A stretch of DNA of 26,178 bases. It comes from a virus. Its lineage: Duplodnaviria; Caudoviricetes. Shown here piece after piece: positions 9,258 through 17,007 of this stretch. A program made the translations under genes and the position numbers. The notes beneath the pieces were generated by a model, which was not told where the DNA came from, did not search any database, and worked only from the letters and a program-made list of their open reading frames with translations. Numbering within the stretch: the first letter of the stretch is position 1; each line of letters begins with the position of its first letter. The DNA is taken from positions 1 through 26,178 of the IMG/VR virus record IMGVR_UViG_3300028594_000107, one strand, 5' to 3'.

Positions 9258-10525
9258 GCCGCCCCCATCTGCGCATCACGACGCGCAAAGTCAGTGCTGC
9301 GAGCATCCTCGCGCCGCTTTTGCTCTGGTGTAAGCTGCAGGCCATCTCGTGCCGTCTCAGCGCCGACGACGCCCTGTGCATGTGCTTGCAGTAGGTTCGC
9401 GGACTTAGCCGATGCCGACGACAGTGCTGGATCGCGCCACTGGACCTCGATCACGTCTGCATCGTCAGTGATGCCGCCGATCTGCAGCATGAGCTTTGCC
9501 AGATCCTCTAGCGCATCACCAAACATCGCTTGTTTGACCTCGGCTTTAGCGATCAGACGATCCTTAGCCACGCGCATCGCATCCGCACTCGACGGGTTAT
9601 CCGTAGAGATGCCGAGCATCGATGGCGGGATCCCCGTTATCGACGAGATGACTTGCGCATAGAGCTTGTAGGTGTTGATGATCTGTTGCAGATCGGCACC
9701 GGGAATCTGGCCAGCGGTGGACCCCTCTGGCCCTGTGATGAATTGACCAAAATAGGCTGCGATCTTGTCGATCGGGTTTCCGTTTTGATCTTTCATCTTG
9801 CCTAGACCCTCGCCAAACAGATAACGAGTCGGCATGGCTAACAGCTCTTGTGCGACCTGCAAGTTAGTAAGCGACCGGCTGGCTGCATCGGTCGTCTTGA
9901 TGATCTCTTTGATCTCAGACCGGCCAAACGTATCTTTAAGCCGAGCCTTATTGATCATCGCCACGATCGCCGGCCTATCTGCGCCGGTGGCTTGCGATCG
10001 CCCGTTTTGCTTCCAGATGCCGCTGGCAGGATCCTTGCGATAGAAATCGTTACGCCCTGGCAGATAGTGCACTGCGCCCTCGGTGATGCCATCGTTATAA
10101 ACGTGCACCGCCTCTGCGATCTGTCCAACATGGTCATATCGCACCGAGATCTCTCGTGGTCCATGCGCAGTCACTAACGGCACATCGGATCCGCCGCCTC
10201 GGTTGCCGACCACGAAATAGGCGATGCCCTGCACTAGCGCCTCGACGATGGCCAGCTTGACTGTCGTGTTCAGGTTATTAACCTGCCAGTAACGATGCAG
10301 CGTTTTCGGCAGCTCGGCATTATCGCCTATCCGGTAGCCCTCTGGGTTAAGCGACTCGGCCAGCACATCGACAGCCAGCTTTGGAAACGGTGCCGCCATC
10401 TCTAGGATCCGCGCCTCTGGTGGCAGTGAGATGCCGAGCGCGTCCAGCGATACCTCGCCCTCGTAATACTGATCGTATTTTTTCGATGGCTCTGATCGAG
10501 CATCTAGTAGCTCTTGGAAACTCAT
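9254..10525 (-). CDS. Portal protein (SPP1 gp6-like)
   Basis: QYYEG, PKLAVDVLAE, FGRSEI, NPSSADAMR and VQWRDP motifs; ATGA overlap with the TerL stop. Confidence 0.92.
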   Translation of the reverse strand: MSFQELLDARSEPSKKYDQYYEGEVSLDALGISLPPEARILEMAAPFPKLAVDVLAESLNPEGYRIGDNAELPKTLHRYWQVNNLNTTVKLAIVEALVQGIAYFVVGNRGGGSDVPLVTAHGPREISVRYDHVGQIAEAVHVYNDGITEGAVHYLPGRNDFYRKDPASGIWKQNGRSQATGADRPAIVAMINKARLKDTFGRSEIKEIIKTTDAASRSLTNLQVAQELLAMPTRYLFGEGLGKMKDQNGNPIDKIAAYFGQFITGPEGSTAGQIPGADLQQIINTYKLYAQVISSITGIPPSMLGISTDNPSSADAMRVAKDRLIAKAEVKQAMFGDALEDLAKLMLQIGGITDDADVIEVQWRDPALSSASAKSANLLQAHAQGVVGAETARDGLQLTPEQKRREDARSTDFARRDAQMGAA

Positions 10526-12006
10526 ATAAATACCGTCCATTCGTTCTCTGACTGCTCACGTGCGCCGGCAGTGAGAGCGCGATAGGCGAGCGTTGCTGCC
10601 ACGAGTGGCGAAATGTCTTTCGATGTGTCGTCACGAGTCCAGTTCCAAAGATCTGAGTTACCCTTGGATCTGCGAGATGCCTCGACTGCCTCGGTTAGCT
10701 CGTCTTGTCCGGTGTGCACGATCACGCCGTCGATAATGGCCTCGTAGAACTCGCCACATGCCTGCATATAGTCGCGCCGGTTTAGCGCATTGAGATGCCG
10801 CTTTTGTGATGGATCGGTGCCTGCAACCGATGCCGCCTGCGAGCTGCTGTCGTAATTGACATCGAGTGGATCCCATCGGTTACGCAGTTGCTTGAGTCTC
10901 GGCATAAGCCAATCGGTGCCGGCCCTGCGATCCACGATCTCGATATGGATCAAATCGTCGTCGGTATACGATGCGACAGCCACGGTGCCGACATCGCGCA
11001 TCGGTGTGACATCGAAACCAAAAGCGACTTGCTCGCCGGCCTGTGAATCCTCGTCTTTAGCCTCGGACCAATACTCTGTCGGGATAGCTGACGAGCCGCC
11101 GACTTTCGACCAGATCCCTAGTCGCTCGCGCTTAAATTCTTCATCGTCCATCGACCGTCGCTCGGTCTGGATAAAGTCCTCTGCGATGCGGATCCCTAGC
11201 GACGGGTTAGCTCGTGCCCAATTTTCGGGATCGTCCGGATCGGCATCATCTTCCACCGACCACTCATAATAGGCCAGACGAGTCTCGTCGTCCGGATCCA
11301 GGCCACGATCGCGCACACGATTTAGCACCTCTGACTCTGGCATCCCAGCGCTCGATGCGTACCAGATTTGCGGTGATGCCTCCATAGAGCGAGCCGCCAT
11401 CGTCGGCATCATCGCCGCGATCACCGCATCTGGCAGGTTATAAGCCTCGTCCAGCACCACGAGATCGCCGGTGAAGCCACGGCCAGCGTTACCGCCTGCA
11501 CGCGCTAAAAACTTGATGCGCGAGACTTCTTTGCCCTTGCCATCGACCGTCGTGATCGACATGTCTTGGTTGCCGGTCTTGATGCCGGACATCTTGCCCT
11601 CTGGATCGCCATCGAAGCCCTTAACGCGCTCGACTAGCTCTGGTGTAGTCCGGATCAATCGCTCTAAACGCATCCGGTGCTCGTTCGCAGTCGAGAACAG
11701 ATGCGCGGTGTGGATAATTAGAGGCTCGCGGAATAGAAACAAGCCAGCCAGCTCTCGCGCCTCTAAGATCGCGCCCTTGCCATTCTGTCGAGGCACGATC
11801 AAACCGACCTCGAACGCCTGCCAGCGACCATCTCGACGCTCTCCGAGCGAGCCGCGCAAAACGTGCTGCTGCCAATCGTCCAACTCAAGCCCTGCGACCG
11901 CTGCGAGATCGACTGCATCATCGCCGGCAGTCGTATGAAACAGCGGTGTAACGTCAATTCGCGGACGCTGCGATCCTTGCCTCGCGCTTTGCTGCAAGCT
12001 CGTCAA
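10522..12006 (-). CDS. terL: Terminase large subunit
   Basis: Walker A VPRQNGKG, Walker B GRGFTGDLVVLDEA, WARANPSLG, FKRERLGIW, nuclease FGFDV and DISPLVAATLA. Confidence 0.96.
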   Translation of the reverse strand: MTSLQQSARQGSQRPRIDVTPLFHTTAGDDAVDLAAVAGLELDDWQQHVLRGSLGERRDGRWQAFEVGLIVPRQNGKGAILEARELAGLFLFREPLIIHTAHLFSTANEHRMRLERLIRTTPELVERVKGFDGDPEGKMSGIKTGNQDMSITTVDGKGKEVSRIKFLARAGGNAGRGFTGDLVVLDEAYNLPDAVIAAMMPTMAARSMEASPQIWYASSAGMPESEVLNRVRDRGLDPDDETRLAYYEWSVEDDADPDDPENWARANPSLGIRIAEDFIQTERRSMDDEEFKRERLGIWSKVGGSSAIPTEYWSEAKDEDSQAGEQVAFGFDVTPMRDVGTVAVASYTDDDLIHIEIVDRRAGTDWLMPRLKQLRNRWDPLDVNYDSSSQAASVAGTDPSQKRHLNALNRRDYMQACGEFYEAIIDGVIVHTGQDELTEAVEASRRSKGNSDLWNWTRDDTSKDISPLVAATLAYRALTAGAREQSENEWTVFI

Positions 12007-12415
12007 GTTTGCTCACCTTTTCCTCTTGCTCTTTCGGCTCGGCAAGACGAGAGATCTCGTGCACGATCTCTTGCTCTGCCTTAGCCAGCGGTGCAACATC
12101 ACGAGGACCAGCAACTAACATCGCAGCGCGGACCCTGCGCAGCCGCCATCGAGCCGCCTCTAACTGGCCCTCGAACGTCGGCACATCGACATCCTCGAAC
12201 TCGCCATAAGCCACCAGATGCCGAACAGTCTCGACATCGGCATCGTTGCCCTTAGCTAGTTCGGTGTTGAGTGCATGAGCACCGGACTCGCGCTCGCGCT
12301 GTTCGCGGTTGTACTCACGAGACGCCTCGACACATTCCTCGCAGGGATCCTCTTTATTGCGCAGGTGACGCTTATAGGCAGTCCAGGTGCCACACGGTGC
12401 GAGCTTTCGAGCCAT
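11954..12415 (-). CDS. terS: Terminase small subunit with N-terminal Cys/His motif
   Basis: AAAAGGAGG RBS; C-terminal SKLDELAAKR overlapping the TerL start; N-terminal PCGTWTAYKRH...PCEEC. Confidence 0.75.
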   Translation of the reverse strand: MARKLAPCGTWTAYKRHLRNKEDPCEECVEASREYNREQRERESGAHALNTELAKGNDADVETVRHLVAYGEFEDVDVPTFEGQLEAARWRLRRVRAAMLVAGPRDVAPLAKAEQEIVHEISRLAEPKEQEEKVSKLDELAAKREARIAASAN

Positions 12416-12431
12416 CTGCAGCACCTCCTTT

Positions 12432-12628
12432 TATGCATAGTCGATGCATAAATATGCAAGTGTTGAACAAATCGGAATGGTGGGAATCGTAAGAAAACCC
12501 TCGGGGAGGGAAATTCATAAGACGCGTAGCGGTGAATATGAGGCAGGGGAGGGTATACCCCCGCCCCGGCCTGCATATTTATTCCGACCTCTGCATATTG
12601 CTCTTGCATAGTTATGCATCGGTATGCG
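12432..12628. repeat. Putative packaging (cos) region with TGCATA/TATGCA repeats
   Basis: Non-coding gap between HNH and terS; GGGTATACCC palindrome at 12551-12560 within G/C runs; seven TGCATA-type sites around it. Confidence 0.5.
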
Positions 12629-12716
12629 ATCCGGATCCGCGTTGTAGGGGACCGCGATCGCATTGATGTTTTTCGTTTTCGTTTTGTTTTGTTTCGAGCT
12701 TGACGATCGAGATCGA

Positions 12717-13007
12717 TCACCATTGTCTCGATGTCTTTGGTTTTGGCACTTGTTCGCTTGTGCGCATCTTGCCTCGTGCTGAGTTGCATCCAAAGTGTGC
12801 AGGTCGCAGCTCTCCGAGTAGCTTGCCGCCGTTACCTAATGGATCCACGTGGTCTGCGCTAAAGCTCTGCGGATGTCGTGGCGGCAGTGTGAGATCGATT
12901 GGCTTGTGACAGAGCCAGCATGGTTGCCCGGTGCGCTCGACGTGCCTGCGTAGTGTTTTGGTTTTCTTGCGATAGGCGTGCGATTCGTATGCGTTACGCA
13001 TGTGCAT
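12717..13007 (-). CDS. HNH endonuclease (packaging-associated)
   Basis: CWLC...SFSADHVDPLGNGG...LRPAHFGCNSARG; adjacent to terS. Confidence 0.9.
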   Translation of the reverse strand: MHMRNAYESHAYRKKTKTLRRHVERTGQPCWLCHKPIDLTLPPRHPQSFSADHVDPLGNGGKLLGELRPAHFGCNSARGKMRTSEQVPKPKTSRQW

Positions 13008-13092
13008 CGGCCTCGCTTGCGCAGGGGGTGCTCAAATCATGCAGGGGGGTGATCTTTGCTGCCCTCCCTCGATCTGTGGCTAGGGGGTGTTT

Positions 13093-13311
13093 TTATCCTG
13101 GCCCTAGCGGGTTATCGCCGTGGTGGTGGCCTGGCCAGATGCCGGTCGCTCTGCGATGTAGGTTCGCGCAGTAGCCCTCGGCTCTGCCTGGCATGTGTTT
13201 GCGTAACTGTCGGACGCATCGCCTAAAGTCGCCGGGGGTGCCCCATCGGATCTTTAGTCCGCCCTCTCCGACTGTCCAGTAGCGTCGTAGTCTTTCCGCG
13301 TTGCCGGCCAT
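13093..13311 (-). CDS. Conserved-looking actinophage hypothetical protein, 72 aa
   Basis: AERLRRYW...KIRWGTPGDFRRCV...GYCANLH...GIWPG; AGGTG RBS. Confidence 0.75.
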   Translation of the reverse strand: MAGNAERLRRYWTVGEGGLKIRWGTPGDFRRCVRQLRKHMPGRAEGYCANLHRRATGIWPGHHHGDNPLGPG

Positions 13312-13334
13312 CGTGTCACCTACTCGTTAAATGG

Positions 13335-13360
13335 AAAAACCCCGCCACTGTGGACGGGGT
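13335..13360 (-). terminator. Intrinsic terminator
   Basis: ACCCCG...CGGGGT stem followed by a T run on the minus strand. Confidence 0.7.
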
Positions 13361-13381
13361 GTGTTTTCTGTTGAGTTGTCG

Positions 13382-13522
13382 CTAGAGCTTGTAATAGTGG
13401 TTCGGTGATAGCGCGTAGTAGATCGTCGGTATATATGCGAGGATCCAGCCGAGCAGTAGATGCTTTGTGAGACTGTGCGCTTGCTGTTGTCGAACGTAGT
13501 GATGTTGTGTGTTGCGTGCCAT
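13382..13522 (-). CDS. 46-aa single-pass membrane microprotein
   Basis: Not in the ORF track: MARNTQHHYVRQQQAHSLTKHLLLGWILAYIPTIYYALSPNHYYKL; has its own promoter-like sequence and terminator. Confidence 0.75.
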   Translation of the reverse strand: MARNTQHHYVRQQQAHSLTKHLLLGWILAYIPTIYYALSPNHYYKL

Positions 13523-13529
13523 GTTATCG

Positions 13530-13558
13530 ATCCTAGCTGTTGTGCGCGGTGTTGTCCC
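13530..13558 (-). promoter_or_regulatory. SigA-like promoter giving a leaderless mRNA
   Basis: GGGACA-17 nt-TAGGAT, 7 nt before the ATG at 13522; no RBS. Confidence 0.55.
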
Positions 13559-13636
13559 GCTCGGCTATTGAAGTGAGAAAACTAGCCGAGCGGTGATCAC
13601 CAATCACACACAACAAGACCCATCTCTGGGCATTAG

Positions 13637-13659
13637 AAAAGCCAGGCGAGAGCCTGGCT
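13637..13659 (-). terminator. Intrinsic terminator shortly after the putative late promoter
   Basis: AGCCAGGC-TCTC-GCCTGGCT stem then TTTCTAAT. Confidence 0.7.
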
Positions 13660-13689
13660 GTAATTAGAGACATTACTGCCTCGGCTTTG

Positions 13690-13719
13690 ACCATATCAGG
13701 TTTTTCTGGGTGTTGTCAC
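13690..13719 (-). promoter_or_regulatory. Putative late promoter
   Basis: GTGACA-18 nt-TATGGT with extended -10 TGn, directly after the stop of 13734..14612. Confidence 0.55.
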
Positions 13720-13733
13720 ATCCGATCTTGTGT

Positions 13734-14612
13734 TTAGCTGTGCCAGGTGGTCGCATAGATCCGCTTGTCGTGCATGAGTTGATGCACTTTCAGCACATCG
13801 CCGGGATAGACGAGCTTTACTGATCGATTCGTGGTGGTGACTCGTTCGAGCACGTATGGCAGCATTTTGCGCTTCATCCAGTTACGGATGTCGTCATAAC
13901 TGACCTGAACGTTTGCGTTTTCTGCCAGCCATCGTCGAGCTTGTGGCCCTGTCATTAGCTCGCCTCGTGCTTTACGCTCGCGCTCTGCGACGAGATCCTG
14001 CACGAGGTACAGTGCGCCACACTGACAGCATTGCGCATAGGCGTCATCGTAGTCTGCCTTGATCTCGCCGCCGCACTCTAGCGTTATGGTAACGCCCTCG
14101 TGTTCAAAGCTGCGCTCGCAGGTGCCGAGGATCCGGATGTCTCGCGGCCTGTCGATTAGTCGGTGTGCTTTCGAGGTTGCACGGTGTAGCTCGTCGAGCA
14201 TTGTGCCGGACCAGTCGTGTTTGCGGATCTCGTTGGTTGCTCTGCGCAGGTGTGCGATCGGATCGCCGTCGAGTGGCGGTGCCGGTTTTCTTGTGTCGTA
14301 GTCGGTGAGCATCGAGGTCCAGCTATTGACGATGCTGCGCAGGTGGTAGCTCGTGTCGAGTGCTGAGAGCTTGCCTGGCGGTGTGCTCGTGAAGCCTGGC
14401 GAGCCGCCAGGTGCGCTAGTGGCATCGAGTTTTGCGGTGGTGATGTCGAGATCTGCTAGTAGCTCTGGCAGGGTGTTGAGGATGTCGTAGAGGTTATCGG
14501 TGCATGTGTCGCATAGGTGGATGCCGGTGGCTGTTGGTTGCTGGCAGGCTGTGCAGGTCAAGGTGCGATCGATCCTTTGCTCGGTTGCGGTGCTGTGTTT
14601 ATTTTTCGTCAA
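13734..14612 (-). CDS. Zn-finger + C-terminal HTH protein, candidate late-gene regulator
   Basis: CTAC/CDTC and C...C...CCQC motifs; C-terminal MTGPQARRWL...VSYDDIRNWMKRK HTH-like segment; last early gene. The start could be the TTG at 14561. Confidence 0.65.
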   Translation of the reverse strand: MTKNKHSTATEQRIDRTLTCTACQQPTATGIHLCDTCTDNLYDILNTLPELLADLDITTAKLDATSAPGGSPGFTSTPPGKLSALDTSYHLRSIVNSWTSMLTDYDTRKPAPPLDGDPIAHLRRATNEIRKHDWSGTMLDELHRATSKAHRLIDRPRDIRILGTCERSFEHEGVTITLECGGEIKADYDDAYAQCCQCGALYLVQDLVAERERKARGELMTGPQARRWLAENANVQVSYDDIRNWMKRKMLPYVLERVTTTNRSVKLVYPGDVLKVHQLMHDKRIYATTWHS

Positions 14613-14844
14613 TGATGATGCGCGGCCTGGCTCGTTGTTCGACGGCCTCGATGGTGATCACCTCGTGATCGTGTTCGATGTCGGGATAGCTGTCGATGCG
14701 GATCGAGCTTGCGTCGATCTCGATGCCGTGGTCGGCTGCGTATTGCTGCAGCGATTCGAGTTGCCGGCTGATGGCTGCGACGACCATGCCTGTCGGCACT
14801 CGGTGGACGATTGGCTGTTTCATGCCGATGCGCTGCCTGTGCAT
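14599..14844 (-). CDS. Hypothetical protein
   Basis: AAAGGA RBS, operon context. Confidence 0.65.
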   Translation of the reverse strand: MHRQRIGMKQPIVHRVPTGMVVAAISRQLESLQQYAADHGIEIDASSIRIDSYPDIEHDHEVITIEAVEQRARPRIIIDEK

Positions 14845-14866
14845 TGTGGATCCTTTCGGGAATAGT

Positions 14867-14894
14867 AAAACCTCTCAGGATGCGATCTGAGAGG
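14867..14894 (-). terminator. Intrinsic terminator
   Basis: CCTCTCAG...CTGAGAGG stem followed by TTTT. Confidence 0.6.
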
Positions 14895-14951
14895 CTGCGA
14901 GGGTGATGGTGGTAGTTGTGTTTATCTGGGTGCTGCGAGGCTGCGAGAGGC

Positions 14952-15146
14952 TTATTCTTGGATCTCTTTGGCATCCTTGAGCACTCTGCGCAGTGTGGCA
15001 TATTGCGCGATCGCTACCGTGACGACGGTAAAGCCGACGCTGGCTAGTAGCTCGATGTCGGTCCAGCTGAGTGCGATGGCCATCACGATCGAGAACACGA
15101 TCAGATGACGAGTCGTGCGCAGCTGATACTGCAGGTAGTTGATCAT
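14952..15146 (-). CDS. Small membrane protein (2 hydrophobic segments)
   Basis: ATGA overlap with upstream gene; LIVFSIVMAIALSW and LLASVGFTVVTVAIA. Confidence 0.65.
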   Translation of the reverse strand: MINYLQYQLRTTRHLIVFSIVMAIALSWTDIELLASVGFTVVTVAIAQYATLRRVLKDAKEIQE

Positions 15147-15565
15147 GCGGTGATCTCTCTTGTTCGGTTGCCGAGTTGATCGAGAGTGATCTTGCCGTCT
15201 CGATACTGCTCGTAGTCTTGCGGTGTGAGTTGTCCATTAGCGACGAGGTTGCGCAGGTGCTCGCGCTTGTGCTGCGCGTCTGGCAGCGGTTTACCGTCGT
15301 CGTCGTACTCGTCCGCGTATCGCAGCACCGGGTGCTCGGCTAGTGCCAGTCTGCGAGAGCGCATCGACTTGACTCGTCGGATAATGTGCGCCGGCAGCAG
15401 GTAGTCGGTGGACTCTCGAAAGTGCGCCTCGACTGCTGCGAGGCAGTCTGGCAGTGTGAACTCGTGCAGCATCTTGTGCCAGGCTTTTACGGTGGCCTCG
15501 TCTACGTGCCGCGCATCGTAGATCTGGATCGCGGCCAGCACTTGCGTTGTCTCTGCGTAGTTCAT
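15143..15565 (-). CDS. Helicase loader/inhibitor, SPP1 G39P-like
   Basis: MNYAETTQVLAAI...D.R...AWH...L...AAV..HF...LLPAHI pattern; directly after the replication initiator. Confidence 0.7.
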   Translation of the reverse strand: MNYAETTQVLAAIQIYDARHVDEATVKAWHKMLHEFTLPDCLAAVEAHFRESTDYLLPAHIIRRVKSMRSRRLALAEHPVLRYADEYDDDGKPLPDAQHKREHLRNLVANGQLTPQDYEQYRDGKITLDQLGNRTREITA

Positions 15566-16500
15566 TAGTGGATCTCCTTTTGCTGTTGCTCGTAGCTGGC
15601 CTGCAGCTGTTGTCCTAGCTGCAGGGTGTTGAGTGCTCGTGCGCTGCCGGGTGCCATGCCGTTATGCGGTTGCCGGTTGCGCTGTTGAAACATCCGGTTT
15701 TTGAGTTGATCGAACTGCTTGCGCAGTTTCGCTGCGCTAAGGATGTTGCCCTGCCAAAACTCGTCTTGCTGGCACCAGTCGATGACCTGCCGGATCTGAT
15801 CGGGTGCGTAGCCGTCGATGCGGATCAGACGATCGATGGCTTGCAGCCAGGTCTTGCCGACTGTCGGCTTGCGGTTGCCGTTGCGGACGATCCACTCTGC
15901 GAGGTACTGCGCGAGCCGGTGGACATCATCGGAAAACTCTGGCCCTGTGTCGGCATCGCTCTTTCCGTCGTCGTCGCTTGCGACGTGCGACGAGAGAGTA
16001 TTAACTTCTGTCTCTGTCTCTGTCTCTGTCTCTGCTTTATTCTGGCCCCCCGGCTCGGTTTGCGACTGGCTTTGCGACTTGGAAAGCGACTCGGTTTTAT
16101 TCTTGGTTTGCGATTGGCTTGCAGTGCGCTTAGCGCCTGCCTTGTTGCCTCGGCCTCCTTTGGCACCATTGCGCCGATTGCGCTCTCGACGTGCCTCGAT
16201 CTCTGCCTTGGTTTCCTGCATGTCGGCATATCCGGTTAGCTCGTAGTCGCCGTTGTCGAGTTGAACGAGCGACGGGTGCTCTGGATCGTTGTTCTGCAGC
16301 TCGTGCAACACATCGCTATCCCACTGCAAAGCGAGTCGGTTTGCGACTCGGTTTTTTATGATGCCGTCTGTTTCGTACTTTCGGCAGTACAGAATAAACG
16401 TGATGTGCGCTCGGAAAGCTGCATCTGAGAGCGAGATGATCTTAGGGTGATCTGCGTAGTCGAGTGAGAGCCGTGCAAATAGGGTGCTTTTCTTAGACAT
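15565..16500 (-). CDS. Replication initiator (lambda O-like architecture)
   Basis: N-terminal FARLSLDYADHPKI...LSDAAFR, low-complexity iteron-encoded linker, C-terminal DEFWQGNILSAAKLRKQFDQL resembling the lambda O C-terminus. Confidence 0.8.
   Translation of the reverse strand: MSKKSTLFARLSLDYADHPKIISLSDAAFRAHITFILYCRKYETDGIIKNRVANRLALQWDSDVLHELQNNDPEHPSLVQLDNGDYELTGYADMQETKAEIEARRERNRRNGAKGGRGNKAGAKRTASQSQTKNKTESLSKSQSQSQTEPGGQNKAETETETETEVNTLSSHVASDDDGKSDADTGPEFSDDVHRLAQYLAEWIVRNGNRKPTVGKTWLQAIDRLIRIDGYAPDQIRQVIDWCQQDEFWQGNILSAAKLRKQFDQLKNRMFQQRNRQPHNGMAPGSARALNTLQLGQQLQASYEQQQKEIH
16007..16121. repeat. Putative replication origin: 12-bp iterons plus (TCTCTG)4
   Basis: Six 12-bp-phased units at 16050-16121 (consensus GCGACTNGGTTT) and TCTCTG x4 at 16011-16034, inside the Rep gene. 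Confidence 0.7.
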
Positions 16501-16547
16501 GGTTATCTATCCTTAGTGCGCAGGCACTCGATGTAGTGAGTGCCTGC

Positions 16548-16574
16548 GCATAAAAAACCGCCCTTGCTGGCGGT
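16548..16574 (-). terminator. Intrinsic terminator upstream of Rep
   Basis: ACCGCC...GGCGGT stem then TTTTTATGC. Confidence 0.65.
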
Positions 16575-16602
16575 GGTCGTGGTGGTGTTGTCGGTTGCGG
16601 TG

Positions 16603-17007
16603 CTATCCGCTTAGCTGCTCGATGCTGGATCCCTCGACGTTTGCTGTCACGAGTCGAGCCATCTGCATCCAGCCCATGTGATCGAGGTAGGCAGCGGACT
16701 CGCGGACTCGTTGCGAGATCAGCACTCGCTTTGCACTGTAGCCTCGCATCGCGTCGATGGATCGTGCGAACACGAGTCGTCCGCCTGATGCGACCTGTAT
16801 GCGCTCGCGCCCGTAGGACTTGATCGCTCGTGTTACCTCTAGCTCTGGTGCAGGCTGGATAGCCTGATGCGCATCGTTACTGATGTCGTCCAGTGCCTCT
16901 AGCATCGTTGTGGCGATGTGCCGCGAGTAGACGCTATCTGCACAGACGAGCACAGTGTGCCCTGCCGCCATGTCTACTGCGACGCCTTGTTGCTCGTAGA
17001 TGTTCAT
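16603..17007 (-). CDS. Hypothetical protein resembling a truncated terminase ATPase core
   Basis: TVLVCA...GRERI...GGRLVFARS...RGYSAKRVLIS parallels TerL IIHTAH...SRIKFLAR...RGFTGDLVVLDE; ATGA overlap, GAGAGG RBS. Confidence 0.6.
   Translation of the reverse strand: MNIYEQQGVAVDMAAGHTVLVCADSVYSRHIATTMLEALDDISNDAHQAIQPAPELEVTRAIKSYGRERIQVASGGRLVFARSIDAMRGYSAKRVLISQRVRESAAYLDHMGWMQMARLVTANVEGSSIEQLSG

Noticed and set aside
12256-12793. ORFs of 177 and 92 aa across the HNH-terS gap
   Set aside because: They overlap real genes and translate repeats and T-tracts; the region reads as a non-coding packaging signal
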